From NCBI GenBank assembly GCA_965112155.1, contig OZ218098.1: a stretch of DNA of 64,000 nt; one strand, given 5' to 3'. The position numbers and the translations under genes were made by a program. The notes under the pieces were generated by a model that had not been told where the DNA came from, searched no databases, and was given only the letters and a program-made list of their open reading frames with translations. This document shows positions 24,772-37,255 of the stretch, in pieces; position 1 is the first letter of the stretch, and each line of letters opens with the position of its first letter. This DNA comes from Podarcis liolepis. Taxonomy: Eukaryota.

Positions 24772-25157
24772 CAGAGGTTTTCAACCTTTTTTGAGTCCAC
24801 AGGTCCCTTGAGCAATATTCTTTCTGCGGCACTCCTGTGGGGCTCAGGAGCCCAGTTATGTCACCCCTTGCCTGCAGAGCTGGCAGCCTCTAACCCCCTT
24901 TTGAACACCCTCTTCTCCTCTCTACTTCCTCTGGGCAGCCACTGCTGCCCCCCTGGTCTTCGAGGTGCCTCCCAGAGGCACCATTCACTTGTGGAGCTTG
25001 TAGCCAGGGCTGCTGCAACAGCTGTGCAAATCTTGGGGAGGTGGAGACGCGAGAGGGCATTAGAGGAGGGAGGGAAGGAAAGAGGGACAGAGGCCAGTGT
25101 TGCCCGTGGCATCCCTGAGCATCATTCATGCCACAGTACACTGGTTGAAAACCACTG
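24772..25157. mobile_element. hAT (Charlie-like) MITE
   Basis: TIR cagaggttttcaacc / ggttgaaaaccactg. Perfect 8-bp TSD ctctaaat (24764-24771, 25158-25165). Confidence 0.9.
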
Positions 25158-25496
25158 CTCTAAATCAAGGAGATGCAACAAGTCTAAGATATAGTAAAAA
25201 AAGCTGTGAATGAGAAGGAAGAACTGACTCTGAACTGAGATGCCTGAGAAATTTGGTGTCTTGGCACTCCAATGCAACTGACCTCATCCTCTTCTCCAAG
25301 ACTAATGTGCGGGTTAGACCACATTGAATATTCATTGAATTTTGCACTGAATGATGCGATAGTAAGAAAAAAAGCATGCCAAAGCTGCGTTAATTTAAAA
25401 CGTATGTTCAGCGACAAAATATGCTGAAAACATCACAATAAAATACATGTTTAAATATATACCTGAAACACATTTTTAGAGGCACATTTACATTCA

Positions 25497-25504
<8 letters not shown>

Positions 25505-25542
<38 letters not shown>
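25505..25542. repeat. (AG)n microsatellite
   Basis: Direct reading. Confidence 0.95.
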
Positions 25543-25543
<1 letters not shown>

Positions 25544-25634
25544 AGATTATTCCTCACTCACATTTGCCCACCTGCTAGGGAAGATGTGGTTGTGACATCG
25601 GTAAGCTCTGGCCTTCCTTTTACAAGGCTGTCTT

Positions 25635-25744
25635 AGAATCATAGAATTGTAGAGTTGGAAGAGATACCAAGGATCACCTAGTCCAACCCCTTGCTATCTC
25701 AACTAAAGCATCCATGATGATAGATGGCCATCCAACCTCTGTTT

Positions 25745-25748
<4 letters not shown>
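25635..25748 (-). mobile_element. CR1 LINE 3' end
   Basis: tagaatcatagaattgtagagttggaag...ctagtccaacccc is the reverse complement of the CR1 (attctatg)n tail. Confidence 0.8.

Positions 25749-25807
<59 letters not shown>
25749..25807. repeat. compound (CT)n(GT)n microsatellite
   Basis: Direct reading. Confidence 0.95.
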
Positions 25808-27338
25808 TATCCTTAGTTTGAATTTCAGGGAAGCTCAAATTATTATTAAATAAACCTAGCAAAAGATTAGAGAGGTGATTGGTATGTTTCAAGGTTGTCA
25901 CCAGATTTCTGCCAAATGTTTTGACATTTCAAACAAAATTAATGTACGCCACCACAGGCATAAAATCTGATGAATTGTGAGGGGATGCTGGAAGCGTTTC
26001 ATTTCAATTCTTGTGCGTGTATGGAAATACCCACTTCCTACCACTAAACAATTGTGTGCCTGCTTAGTTAGCGGACCTTTATATCACTGAGAACTCCAAA
26101 GCTAAGTTCAGTTCCCAGTAGCTGCCCATTTGTGTCCCTTTGATAAATTGGTATAATACAATATATGAAGGCTAATTCTCCTCCCACCCCAGTCCTAAAT
26201 GTTCTGAATAAGAAAAGCATCATCACATCAGTGAATGCGCTTGATTTGGCTGCTCATTTATTATTTAAAATAAATGAGAAGCTATATTGCCAATGAAGAT
26301 GCACTGAAATAATCAAGTTCCGCTTTGTGCAGCCCTTCATAATACTGCAGGCCGGGAAAGAGTGATTTGAACGGTTGATTGAAGAAATAGATTCATTGTT
26401 TGGCTAGTTTGCATTTCATAACTGAATGTGAAAATGCTAAGTGTGTTCCTCTTGAGCTCCCCAAAGGAGAAAGTTGCATAGCTCAGTCAAGAGGAATAGC
26501 ACTTCTTTGATCATTACAGACTCATGGATATTTGAACTGAGGTCTGACTATCATTATTTCTTTCAGCCAATCTGGTTATTAAGCTGGAAACAGATCATTG
26601 CTTCATTTTGCAACACTTTTGCCATTTATAGCAATAAATGTTTTCTAATGGCAGCCAAAAATGTAGGGCCATCATAATAAAGTGGCGATATAATGAATTT
26701 GGGTAGCCTTCCTTGCAGAGAGCCTGACTTTGCACACATCATGTGATAAAAGAAAAGAGGACAATTTATAAGTATTTCATGTTCTTTCCTTTTGCAAGCT
26801 CCAGAGAAGAATATATTGGGTATCTTAGGTATTTCTCAAAACTTCTTGTTTCCTTCATTTATTGTCAACACATTCAGACTAAAGTGATTGGCCAGTCATG
26901 GTACGGTACGGTGCAACAGCACAGGAACTAGTAAGATTTTTGTGTTGATGGAACTTAAGATTTTATCAAAACACATTTCCCATAATGAATGATTACCTTA
27001 TTTGTTGGTCACCAAAAAAGGTATATTCATTTTGCATTGATGCCAGATTGGTCCCCACCACTCGTTCCTGGTCATGATGAAAGTCCATGTTTTCTTCCTT
27101 GTACTATCTTTCTGAACCCAGTGGTGTTGGATAAAAGTTTGAATGACTTTAACTGTTAACAATGCTGAAAAGTTGCACCACTTGTTCAAGACAACGTCCA
27201 AACTGTATCTAATAAAGATAAATGGTAGTGGTGCTTTTTTATATAAAAAATATCTAAATTGTATTTGTTTATTTAAAACATGTTTACCCTTCTCCTCAAG
27301 CGAGAAGTCTCCCACAGCAGCTTACAGAATAAGGTACA

Positions 27339-27702
27339 GGTAAAAAGGTAAAGGACCCCTGAACAGTTAAGTCCAGTTGAATTTGACTATGGGGTGTGGC
27401 ACTTACCACCACTTTCAGGCTGAGGGAGCCAACGTTTGTCCGCAGACAGCTTTCCGGGTCATGACTAAACAGCTTCTGGCACATGGAGGACTGTGACAAG
27501 CGCCAGAGTGCACAGAAATGCTGTTTACCTTCTCGCTGAAGTGGTACTTATTTATATACGTGCACTGGTGTGCTTTCCAACTGCTAGGTTGGCAGAAGCA
27601 AGGACAGAGCAATGGGAGCTCTGTCACACAGATTTGAACTGTCGACCTTACGATCAGCAAGCCCAAGAGCCTCGGTGGTTTAGACCACAGCACCTGCTTC
27701 CC
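27339..27702 (-). mobile_element. Sauria SINE
   Basis: ggtaaaggacccctg tail, actgctaggttggcag body, ggtttagaccacagc head. Confidence 0.9.
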
Positions 27703-28322
27703 ACACAATAAGACTAATAGCAGACAAGATGCTCCCTTGGTACTCTGGCCAATTCTTCTCTGCAGATGTGGCAGGGGAAAGTGAGAAAATGTGTGTGTTG
27801 AGCTTAACTTATTAATAATATAAATTGGCTAAGGGTCTTCACTGCTCTTTAAACCTTTCTCAGATGCACTTGCAGCCAGGCAGGACTTTCTGGAATGCCC
27901 ATGGGCCAATGCAGTATCATCTTCCAGGATAGTCTTCTGGGCTGGCTTTATTTCTTTTATTTCTTTTTCTTTTTAAAGAGCAACAGAGACTCACTGACCA
28001 GTTTATACCATTTATAAGGTAAACACCAACCACCTGGCTCTAACATCTTGAATGTTCTATCCAAGTTCTTATACCCTTTCAATGACTTTGGTTTCTCCTC
28101 CCCTTGATAATGGTTGAAAAAAGCTTTGATGAAAAGCTTGGTTCAGCATTTTGTCTGCTCACTTGCTTGCTTAGAGGGAAATGAGCAGGTGGCAATGAGC
28201 AGGGAACAAAACCTTATGAAAATGTATACCAAATCATGCCAAAGGACTGTTATTTTGGTGGTGAAAAGAAGGTGGGAGAGTATGGTTTTGGAGTGAGTGA
28301 TCTTATTAGACACATACATAAT

Positions 28323-28546
28323 TTTGTTGTTGTTTAGTCGTTTAGTCGTGTCCAACTCTTTGTGACCCCATGGACCAGAGTATGCCAGGCACTCCTGTCT
28401 TCTACTGCCTCCCACACTGTGGTCAAACTCATGTTAGTAGCTTCGAGAACACTATCCAACCATCTCATCCTCTGTCGTCCCCTTCTCCTTGTGCCCTCCA
28501 TCTTTCCCAACATCAGGGTCTTTTCCAGGGCGTCTTCTCTTCTCAT
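28323..28546 (-). mobile_element. RTE-BovB LINE 3' end (5'-truncated)
   Basis: Peptide MRREDALEKTLMLGKMEGTRRRGRQRMRWLDSV...WHTLVHGVTKSWTRL and (caa)n tail. TSD catacataat (28313-28322, 28544-28553). Confidence 0.93.
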
Positions 28547-30919
28547 ACATAATAGACATTCATATATCAACAACATTCTCTTTCAGGAACTGAAGCAACA
28601 CATGCAGGGTATTTATTTGAGATTTCTGGGATTATTTTTTTAAAAAATACTGTTCATGTTCTCTGGATATGTCTATCAAAACAATCAACTTTTGTCCTAG
28701 GTGATCTTCAGGGACAAGTGAGGTAAGCTACCTTGCTGAGGCACTGCAACCCACTTAACCTTTTCTCATTAAGATCACCATCTACCAGAATGATGGCCTT
28801 TCAAGCATGCTGCCAGCTTGTTATGCTGTGCTAGTTGCCATGGTAACTGATCACCTCCAAGGTATGACAACGTGGGAGCTCAAGGTATAGACAACACTTC
28901 TTTTCAGAACAATTAATGTGGGCGATTATCAGTGTTTGAATCTGCAGAGTCAAATGACCTGATCTGGGTCATCTGAGCAGACCTATTTTATTCTCATACA
29001 GCACTCATCCAGGCAGAAAACTACTTTTTCTAATTTGTGCAGCAAGTAAAAAATAAATAAATAAAATAAAATAAAGAAGTTAGCTTTTATTTTCTCCACC
29101 ATATATTTTAGATGCTGTTTTCTTGGAAATAACTTGGTCTTTCTTGTAAGTATCACATGAGGACATCAGCATCAAGCACCAACCACATCATATTACTCAT
29201 ATGAATGTATAAGTAAATTGATCATACTGTGGGAAAAATATGCTACGTAAACAAATGAGCCTGTTTTCCCAAGTGATTGAAAGAGCATATTTTTATCCTT
29301 AGTGTGGGCTTTGAATATGATGGATATGCTATGTTAGGTGAGGAAAACAACTAGTTTTCCATTCACATAATTGTCTCTGGAAATTCAGGTAATTAAAATT
29401 ATGGTGGGTGATCATTCTCTTGAGTACCTACATACCACTACTTTATCATACATTATGATAAAATGAAACAGATATGTGGAGAAGTGCTACTTTCCACTTG
29501 ACAGGCTGGCATAATAGCTGTTCACAAGTATGTCCACCACATGTATACTCTACTCATGGGAGGAGGTAGAGGACCATGTGCACTGGCAGTGTCCACCAGC
29601 CTTCCACCTTCACACACACTAAGGCCCATCCATTCAACAGAACCTTCAAGTGTAGGTAGACATGCTCTCCACTTCCTTGGGAATCCTGTGCTCTTGGCGA
29701 TCCCGATCAAATGGAAAGTCAATGTGAATATATACACTTGATGGTGTTCCTCTGATGACGCTGATTTGGGGGGCAGGTGAGTGTGGATGTCAGGGACAAA
29801 GCTGTCATGTGGTCTACTACATGTACTGTATACACCATACACATTTTATACTATACACATTGAAGCTTACTAGTCCTGCAGAAAACATAGTTATGATAGG
29901 GTTAGAGAGCTTTGGGTCTTAAAGATATGCATGAACAGTCACCTGTTGCCATACATGAAACAAGGAAATGCAATATCTTGAGAAAATGAGTTCTCCCAAA
30001 ACAGAAAATTTTAGAGTAGCATAAGAACACAAATAAAAAATTCTTGCATTTGATGGTGAACATCAGAAATGCCAGATGGAGCAATATCATCACAGAGATG
30101 TGTCAGTTTTTTGTTTTTTTATGTATATGTGACTTGGGAAATCACAAAGGTCTTCCTTCACATGACTGTTTTCTTATTATTCTTCCATGTTGTTTTCTGT
30201 GCTTCGGCTTTTGATTCACATTCTGGTGAGTCATTAAATGGATAGTTGCCACCGAAACTAAAGCTAAAATTTGTTAACCCTATGCACAATTTAAGAGGCA
30301 CAGAGGGAAGTAGGCAGATGATAAGCAACAACACAGAGATGCCGTTGTAACACATGAAGAGTCAGGCGTGATGTTCAGCAGGCCACTTGCCATGTCTGCT
30401 CCTGTCAAACCGAGTGAGGCAAGCCTTAACAATGCATACTAGTAGGTAAGAATCCGTGGTGACTTTTGAAAGCACTTATTTATACATTTTTGAAGGAGTT
30501 GTTGTAAACAATTACAAGATGTGTCCTTGACAAATGGAATTCTAATACTTTCCAGGGATTGATAGATCAACCTAGTTTCAATTTGCTGTGGTGGTTTTTT
30601 TAAGCCTGAAAATTATGATCAAATTATGCATCCTGTTATGAGGTGATCTGAGGACATTTAAATGCCCCCAACTCCACTTCTTGTTTAACAGGTAATGGTT
30701 GCTTGAAGTGGCATAACCTGTAATGCAAGAATTTCTTTAAAAGGCAATCCTTGAATCACCTCATAATAGTATAAGTTAGTCCTTGCCCTGATTTGCAGAA
30801 ATGTAAAAACCGACTGATAAGTATGTTCCAGTACACGCAGTTCAGAGTTGCGGGTTGGGTTAGATGGTGTTAGAATATAAACTGATCCAATTTATTGAGC
30901 ATCCCTAATGTTTTCACGA

Positions 30920-30957
<38 letters not shown>
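30920..30957. repeat. (CT)n(CA)n microsatellite
   Basis: Direct reading. Confidence 0.95.
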
Positions 30958-32151
30958 GAACATTTAAATAGTTTCAGAATGGGTCTTGAAAGTAATTATA
31001 TTTCACCACATTTTAACCCCTCATGGATGAAAGTCAAGAAGGGTTGAGATCATAAAACTGTTAATTAGGCTTAGTTGCTTGTGTATGCTTTGAAGTTGCA
31101 CAGGGATGAACAGATGGCAAGCCACCCTAAACCCTCTGTGTTAGTGAAGTGCTGTCATTTCAGATCAAGGCGGCAGTTCATTAGTACAAAGAGACAAAAT
31201 CCATTTTCTCTATAGTAGGACATTTCAGCAACAGACTTGATCATAATGATTAATGGCAAAGGGAAAAGTTGTAAAAGCTGCTTTGGTTAATCTATGTGCA
31301 AATGTGTGTATAATTTAGAAGGCTGGTCTTTGAACTTAGTTGGGCCTAATTATGGACATGACCCAGCCAAAGTTAAGCAGTTTCCAGTTCCATTGATCTA
31401 AAAGGAAGAGGGTTAAGCGTATGCGTAACTGCCTCACTGAAATAAAGGTAGCTTAGGCATGCTTTACTTTGGCTGGTTTCCCATGTTTGTTCTATCCTGG
31501 TTTTACAAGGAATTAAGGCCCATTTAATTCTGTTATGTGGAATTGATTCAAAATAACTGAGATTTTATGAATTCTTAAAAGGTGTTTGGAGATCCTCAGG
31601 GTGGCTGTTGCAAAACTGAATAATAGAACGAGTATTTCTGTGGTTATGCATCCATAAACTGATTCCATGACTAACCTATTATAGGCCATCTATCAGGCAT
31701 TTTGTAAAGTATTTGGCAGTCAATGACAACTCTCTGACTAAGCAGAATATTGAACTCATTCCTTATGGCTAATGACAGTGAAGATGCTGTTGTTCATATG
31801 TACTCCTCATGTGAGAAATCATGTTCCCTCCAACTATTTGTTGACTGTTGTCTTAAGTAAATTGTGAAACTCTTTGATTGGGTCCTGACCAGTCCCATGA
31901 GGAGAAGTCCTGCACAAGAACTTTCACTTGTACAACGCAACGTCCCCATCTGCAACCTCTGCAGGCCCAAAATTTCTGGGGTTGGGAAAATTCCCAGGGC
32001 AATGCATTGAGGAGGAGGGGGGGATTGTTTCATCTGGCAAGCTGCAATGCTTGTGCAAACATAATGTGTGGAGGAGCACAACAATGAATTCTAGCCTTTA
32101 ATTTCTTAATAAACCAGTTCAGCAAACCTTTAGCATTGTCAGAGATTTCAA

Positions 32152-32243
32152 AGTGCAATCCTATGCATACTTACTCAGAAGTAAGTCCACCATTTTCAAA
32201 TCGGCTTACTTTCTAGTATGTGCGTGTAGAAACCCAGCCTTAA
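32152..32243. mobile_element. short palindromic repeat, same family as 14953
   Basis: gcaatcctatgcatacttactcagaagtaagtcc...cagccttaa. Confidence 0.65.
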
Positions 32244-34822
32244 ATTCATATTTATTAAAGCATTCTAAATATGGTGTTTTTTTGTGCTAGGAATCATGCA
32301 ATGGTCACCTCCTCTTTATGTTTAATTGATGTATAGCCAGTGAATGCATAATGTAAGCTTGAGGATTTGTTCTTCCTCCACTACACATAGAGAGTATAAC
32401 CTATGGTAATCTACAGGCCAAAGTGTGCACAACCCATGAGAACTGTTCGCCCCCTTTTTGTGGGAATGAGTCCTATGAGTGGGCATATGTGCATGTGACC
32501 AAGAACATGGCCTCTTGTAGTGCAGTCTACAAATGATGTGTTGGTAGTCTCTAAATGATGAAGGAGAAGAATAGGCATCTTAGTTTCACAAATACCGTAA
32601 AAGAAAGGCAAGGCTTTGGTCCCCACTTTCACCCTCAAGTCTTATAATCTATACTAATAGTGACTTCATTTTTGCAAGTTTGGGGGAACCCAAACAACAA
32701 CAACAACATACTTTACAAAGAACCCTAAAGGGGGTAGAGGCACAAAACAGCCCAACAAGGACTGAGCATGCTCAGTGGCTACAAAATGTGGGCTGACAAC
32801 TGGAAGAGCAAACAGGAAATTGGGGAGTGGGGAATAGAATTGAACATCCTAGGAGAGGGCATGGCTAGTTGTCTGTCTGAAACCCTAAACACTTTGCAAT
32901 CTTTTGTTGCTGGGTCTACTTCCACTGAGACATTATTATTCTTTGGATGCATCAGTTATACTTCTGTTCACTATGAAATATTTCAAAAAGACAAAATAAA
33001 TAGATCTCATCATTTCCATCATCACCATCCTGTGGACATATACCCAATTAGCTTTCTGCAACTTGTCCTCACCAAACACACACTGACACACGTACTTTAC
33101 ATTCACTGAAGTCATTGGCCAGTTATCCTGATTAAAATAGGATACTAAGCTTTTGGTGTCTTAACAAGGATAAAATGGTGACAATTTCCAATCCTTCTGT
33201 TCAGAGAATGATCAGATCACCATCTGCGGTCTGGAATGGGGAAGTGGCATGAGTCATTGTTGTGGTTTACAGATTCCTTTGAGCATCTGGTGTTGGCCTC
33301 AGACTTATAGAATATATTTGACTAGAGGAATCTAGGATACTTGGTATAGCAAGGGACAAAGGTCTGCAAACTGAATGCTTTCTGTGATTCTCCAGCAATT
33401 GTAAAAATAAGAAAAATCAATATTAATTTTTAAAATAATAGCTTACAATTCTTAATGCTCTTGGTAATTGGTGCTTCCATCTCCATCACAGAATGGCTCC
33501 GGCTCTAGATAATTTATGTAATGGTTGCTATTGGGCATATATTTTATCTACAACTGTTTGTATAATCCTATCCACAGAGTCTCATGCAGAGTGATTCCCC
33601 CCTTCCCAGTGACTATCTATATTTGTTCCTTCATCTCTCTTCTTGCACATTAGTTTCTAAGCCCTGGTCACTTTATTAGCTTCTGGAAAGGTTTTTTTTT
33701 TTTTAAAAAAAAATAATAAATCCCAATGCCCACTGGAAAGTTATTAGATCAGTTTAAAAGTTGCATTGATTTTGAGCAAAGAATTAAACTTCGTTTTGTA
33801 ACAAATTGATTCGAGCTGAAGAGCCCCTGAACTGCTAAGAATTCAATAAGCAAAAGTGAAGACGCAAATGAGTTTGGAGTTATCAAGTCTTTGTCATTCA
33901 TCAGCATGCTAATCTGACTCATCATCACTCACAGGATCACAGAGCAATAAATAATTATTCTGTTTCATCATTTGTACTAATGTACTATTGTTTTTCTGTA
34001 AATCAATTTCATCGAGAAAGATGGGTGGGTGCTTTTGTGCCTTTAAAATGTGCCTTAGAGCAGCTTACAAATAATGCTGTGAGATGTCAAATGATGAAGG
34101 CATTGCTGCTGTGGAGTGCTGTGTGTAATAATGTTCAGGAAAATGAGACATTAAGCATACATTGTTTCTAGACGATTTAGACTTTTCTTCATTTGGGCTT
34201 GGGGGCAATATTCCATATCATTCACTTCAAACCTGCTTTTCATTATGATATTCTTCTTAAGGCTCAATACAAGAAAAGAAATTTATTACAATGTTGCTAA
34301 TTTAGGCTACCAGCATACTTTCACATATCTCCATGGAGATGCACAAGAAAGCATACAATATTTACAGAAAATTCCTCTTGGAATCATTTGCCATACTTGT
34401 TCCTCAATACAGATCAAGTTTATCAACTTTGGAAAATGTGGCAGTAGAAAATTGCTTACGAGAATGTACAGCCTGATTCTCAAACTAATTGTTCTAATTT
34501 GAGCTTTTTATTTTTAATATTACTATAACTTCTACAAAGGTGATGGTAAAACCACTTCAGTTTGGAGCTTGTGCATATTGAATCATAGTATGAACATCTC
34601 AGGCATGTGTCAAATTTTTAGATATCGCTGACCTTTTAAATTAATTACACAAGTTGCTTTCATTGTTTTCAAATACTTAATCTTTCCCACTTTGTGATCC
34701 AAATCAGACAGGTGTTATTAAGAACAACATGGACTCCCTAGCTAACTTGGGTTACATATTGTAAAAGTCTGGTGTTTTATAACCTCTGAAGGCTGCAGAA
34801 GCCTGATAGGATCCTGTCAGAG

Positions 34823-35033
34823 CAATGGCGGAGCTTCATGCTGTCACCGGGGGGGGGGGGGCGGAGAGCAGGTGGGGGTGGGGCTGGCACACATCCTGGG
34901 GGCAGGGTGTGCAGTCCAAAGCGGCGGGGCGCACATTCTGGGGGCAGGTGGGGGGCAGCTGTGATGGAACCCCACCGGGATCGTGCTGCCAGGGGCGGTG
35001 CACTGCCCCCACATTCCTCTTCCTCTGCCAGTG
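34823..35033. mobile_element. GC-rich hAT-type MITE
   Basis: TIR caatggcggag / ctctgccagtg. Perfect 8-bp TSD tgtcagag (34815-34822, 35034-35041). Confidence 0.85.
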
Positions 35034-36719
35034 TGTCAGAGTAGGGGTGTTGGAGAAGTCCATCAGAAACGGAAACTGGAATGGAAATTGCTGGTGTTTG
35101 CTTTTTTGTCCCATATCACAAATGGAAATTGATCCAGTGAATATGCTGGGAATTTGCTGTTGTTGCTTTCACTTCCCAAACAATATGTAACTGATTACTC
35201 TCTGCCCCCGTCCCTCAAATTTGCATTGCTTTTCATTTCCACTGAAATGAATGGGGTGGAATAACATAATGTCATTTATGGAATTTCACCACAACAGATA
35301 GCAAGAATATATTTTTTTGAGGGAAGCCGTGTACTTTTATTTTTTGTTGTATGCAGCAAGCATTTAGCATTTTTTAGAGGGTGGGTTGGGTTGTACATAT
35401 TTAAGGCTGTATATTTTCTGACTGAAATTTAGTTCAAAGTTAGCTCTTCAGCTTCCTGATCTCATTGTATTTGCTATGCTTTCCATGCCTGTTTGGAGAG
35501 AAAAAAGTGTTCTCAGAGCCTTAGAAGTCTCTCATGAAAAGTTCTTCCTTTGTTTCAATTTCAAAGGAAGTTTAATTACAAAGTATAACTTGAATTCTCT
35601 CAGGAAAGGATTGAGGATAGCATTTCCTAGCCATAATACTCCCCCGCCCCATGTAGCAATCCTCTTAAAAATTAAAAAATTAAAAAATTTCTTCTCTTTA
35701 TGAATTAAAAAACATATGGACAGTTTAAAAGGAGCTGAAAGACACATGGCAGGGATTTCAAGTTCCCTAGACAGTAATGTTCATGAATACAAGGGGAAAT
35801 GTTTGCCATGTGCACCTTCTCACATCAGTGTCAGACAGTGACAGAAGCTCAACTGGCCAGTTTTCACTCTTTATTTTTAAAAGAGTATGATTTTATACTT
35901 AACCTTTGCTGAGCCATGTCAGAATCTTCCCTTATCAATGTTCTTTGAGGAACAAGATATATTCAGACAAGGCATGTGAATTAGGTTTGGAACCTGCGTG
36001 TTTCCTCCTTCTTTCCAACATATGCTACAACTAGCTCATTACCTTCCTTGTTAGCGGCAAACCATACTACCTTGTGTCCTCTGAACTGGTATACTATGGT
36101 TTGGGCTTGCCTGTGTGAAGAATAAAACTGCTTTATTCCTCCTCCAAGTCACTGTAATCTCCCTTAGAAAAGCAGAAGGCTATCACAGAAGCAGGACCTC
36201 AGGTGTTCTCAGGTAGTATCTGGCTCATAAGTGGGGGCGAAGATTGGCAATTATGCCACTAGGTCATGACCCTGTTATTGTCCTTGTATGTATGACTATC
36301 CATTGCCTGTTAAACTTGCTAGGTTAGAAATAGTTGCCTATTGCTCTGATCAGATCTTAGAACTCTTAATTTTATGATCAATATAGACATAAAGTTAGGA
36401 TTTCCTGATAGTGTTTACATGAATATTTCTTCAATGATTTCCAGTATATGTTCATTTTATGATCATACACAACCCTGGTTATAAACCCATACTGATTAGA
36501 CTGTTTAAGACTGCCTGTAATTTAAGAATCATGAACAGAATGATGTTAGGAAAAATAGCCAGCTAGAGTGTTGACAGGCATGGTTTCTGTAAGATGCAGG
36601 GAGAAGCAATTTAGGATAGTAATCAATTATCTTTGCATTCATTTAACAGCTACAATCTACCGTAGTCATTGCAGGGGAAAATGTATTGGCTTGATTTGAG
36701 CTTCTGCCATATAGTATCA

Positions 36720-36928
36720 GTAAAGGTAAAGGTAAAGGACCAAATCACAGTTAAGTCCAGTCAAAGGCATCTATGGGGTATGGCGCTCATCTCGCTTCAG
36801 GCCGAGGGAACCGTCGTTTGTCCACAGATAGATTTCTGGGTCATGTGGCCAGCATGACTAAACCGCTTCTGGCATAACGGAACACTGTGACAGAAGCCAG
36901 AGTGCAAGGAAATGCCATTTATGGTACC
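36720..36928 (-). mobile_element. Sauria SINE, 3' half only
   Basis: (gtaaag)3 tail, ggcgctcatctcgc, gtcatgtggccagcatgactaaaccgcttctggc. Confidence 0.88.
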
Positions 36929-37014
36929 TGATGCTGTTACATATAGGAGTTGAAGGAGAGCTAGAAGTAATATGCTTTGGGCACAAGGGTGATGAAGCAT
37001 ATACTTTACACATA

Positions 37015-37255
37015 CAGTGTTACCTCGGGTTAAGTATTTAATTCGTTCCAGAGGTCCGTTCTTAACCTGAAACTGTTCTTAACCTGAAGACCACTTTAGC
37101 TAATGGGGCCTCCTGCTGCCGCCGCACTGCTGGAGCACGATTTCTGTTCTCATCCTGAAGCAAAGTTCTTAAACCGAGGTACTATTTCTGGGTTAGAGGA
37201 GTCTGTAACCTGAAGCGTATGTAACCTGAAGCGTATGTAACCCTAGGTACCACTG
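37015..37255. mobile_element. Tigger-like MITE family A copy 4
   Basis: cagtgttacctcgggtta...taggtaccactg. Internal sequence matches copies 1-3. Confidence 0.92.

Noticed and set aside
24730-25194. 154-aa ORF
   Set aside because: It lies almost entirely within a hAT MITE bounded by an 8-bp TSD and has no recognisable domain.
5316-37255. Repeated gtaacctgaagc / ttaacctga units resembling an array
   Set aside because: These are internal subrepeats of dispersed MITE copies. There is no repeat-spacer architecture or cas gene, and the context is eukaryotic.
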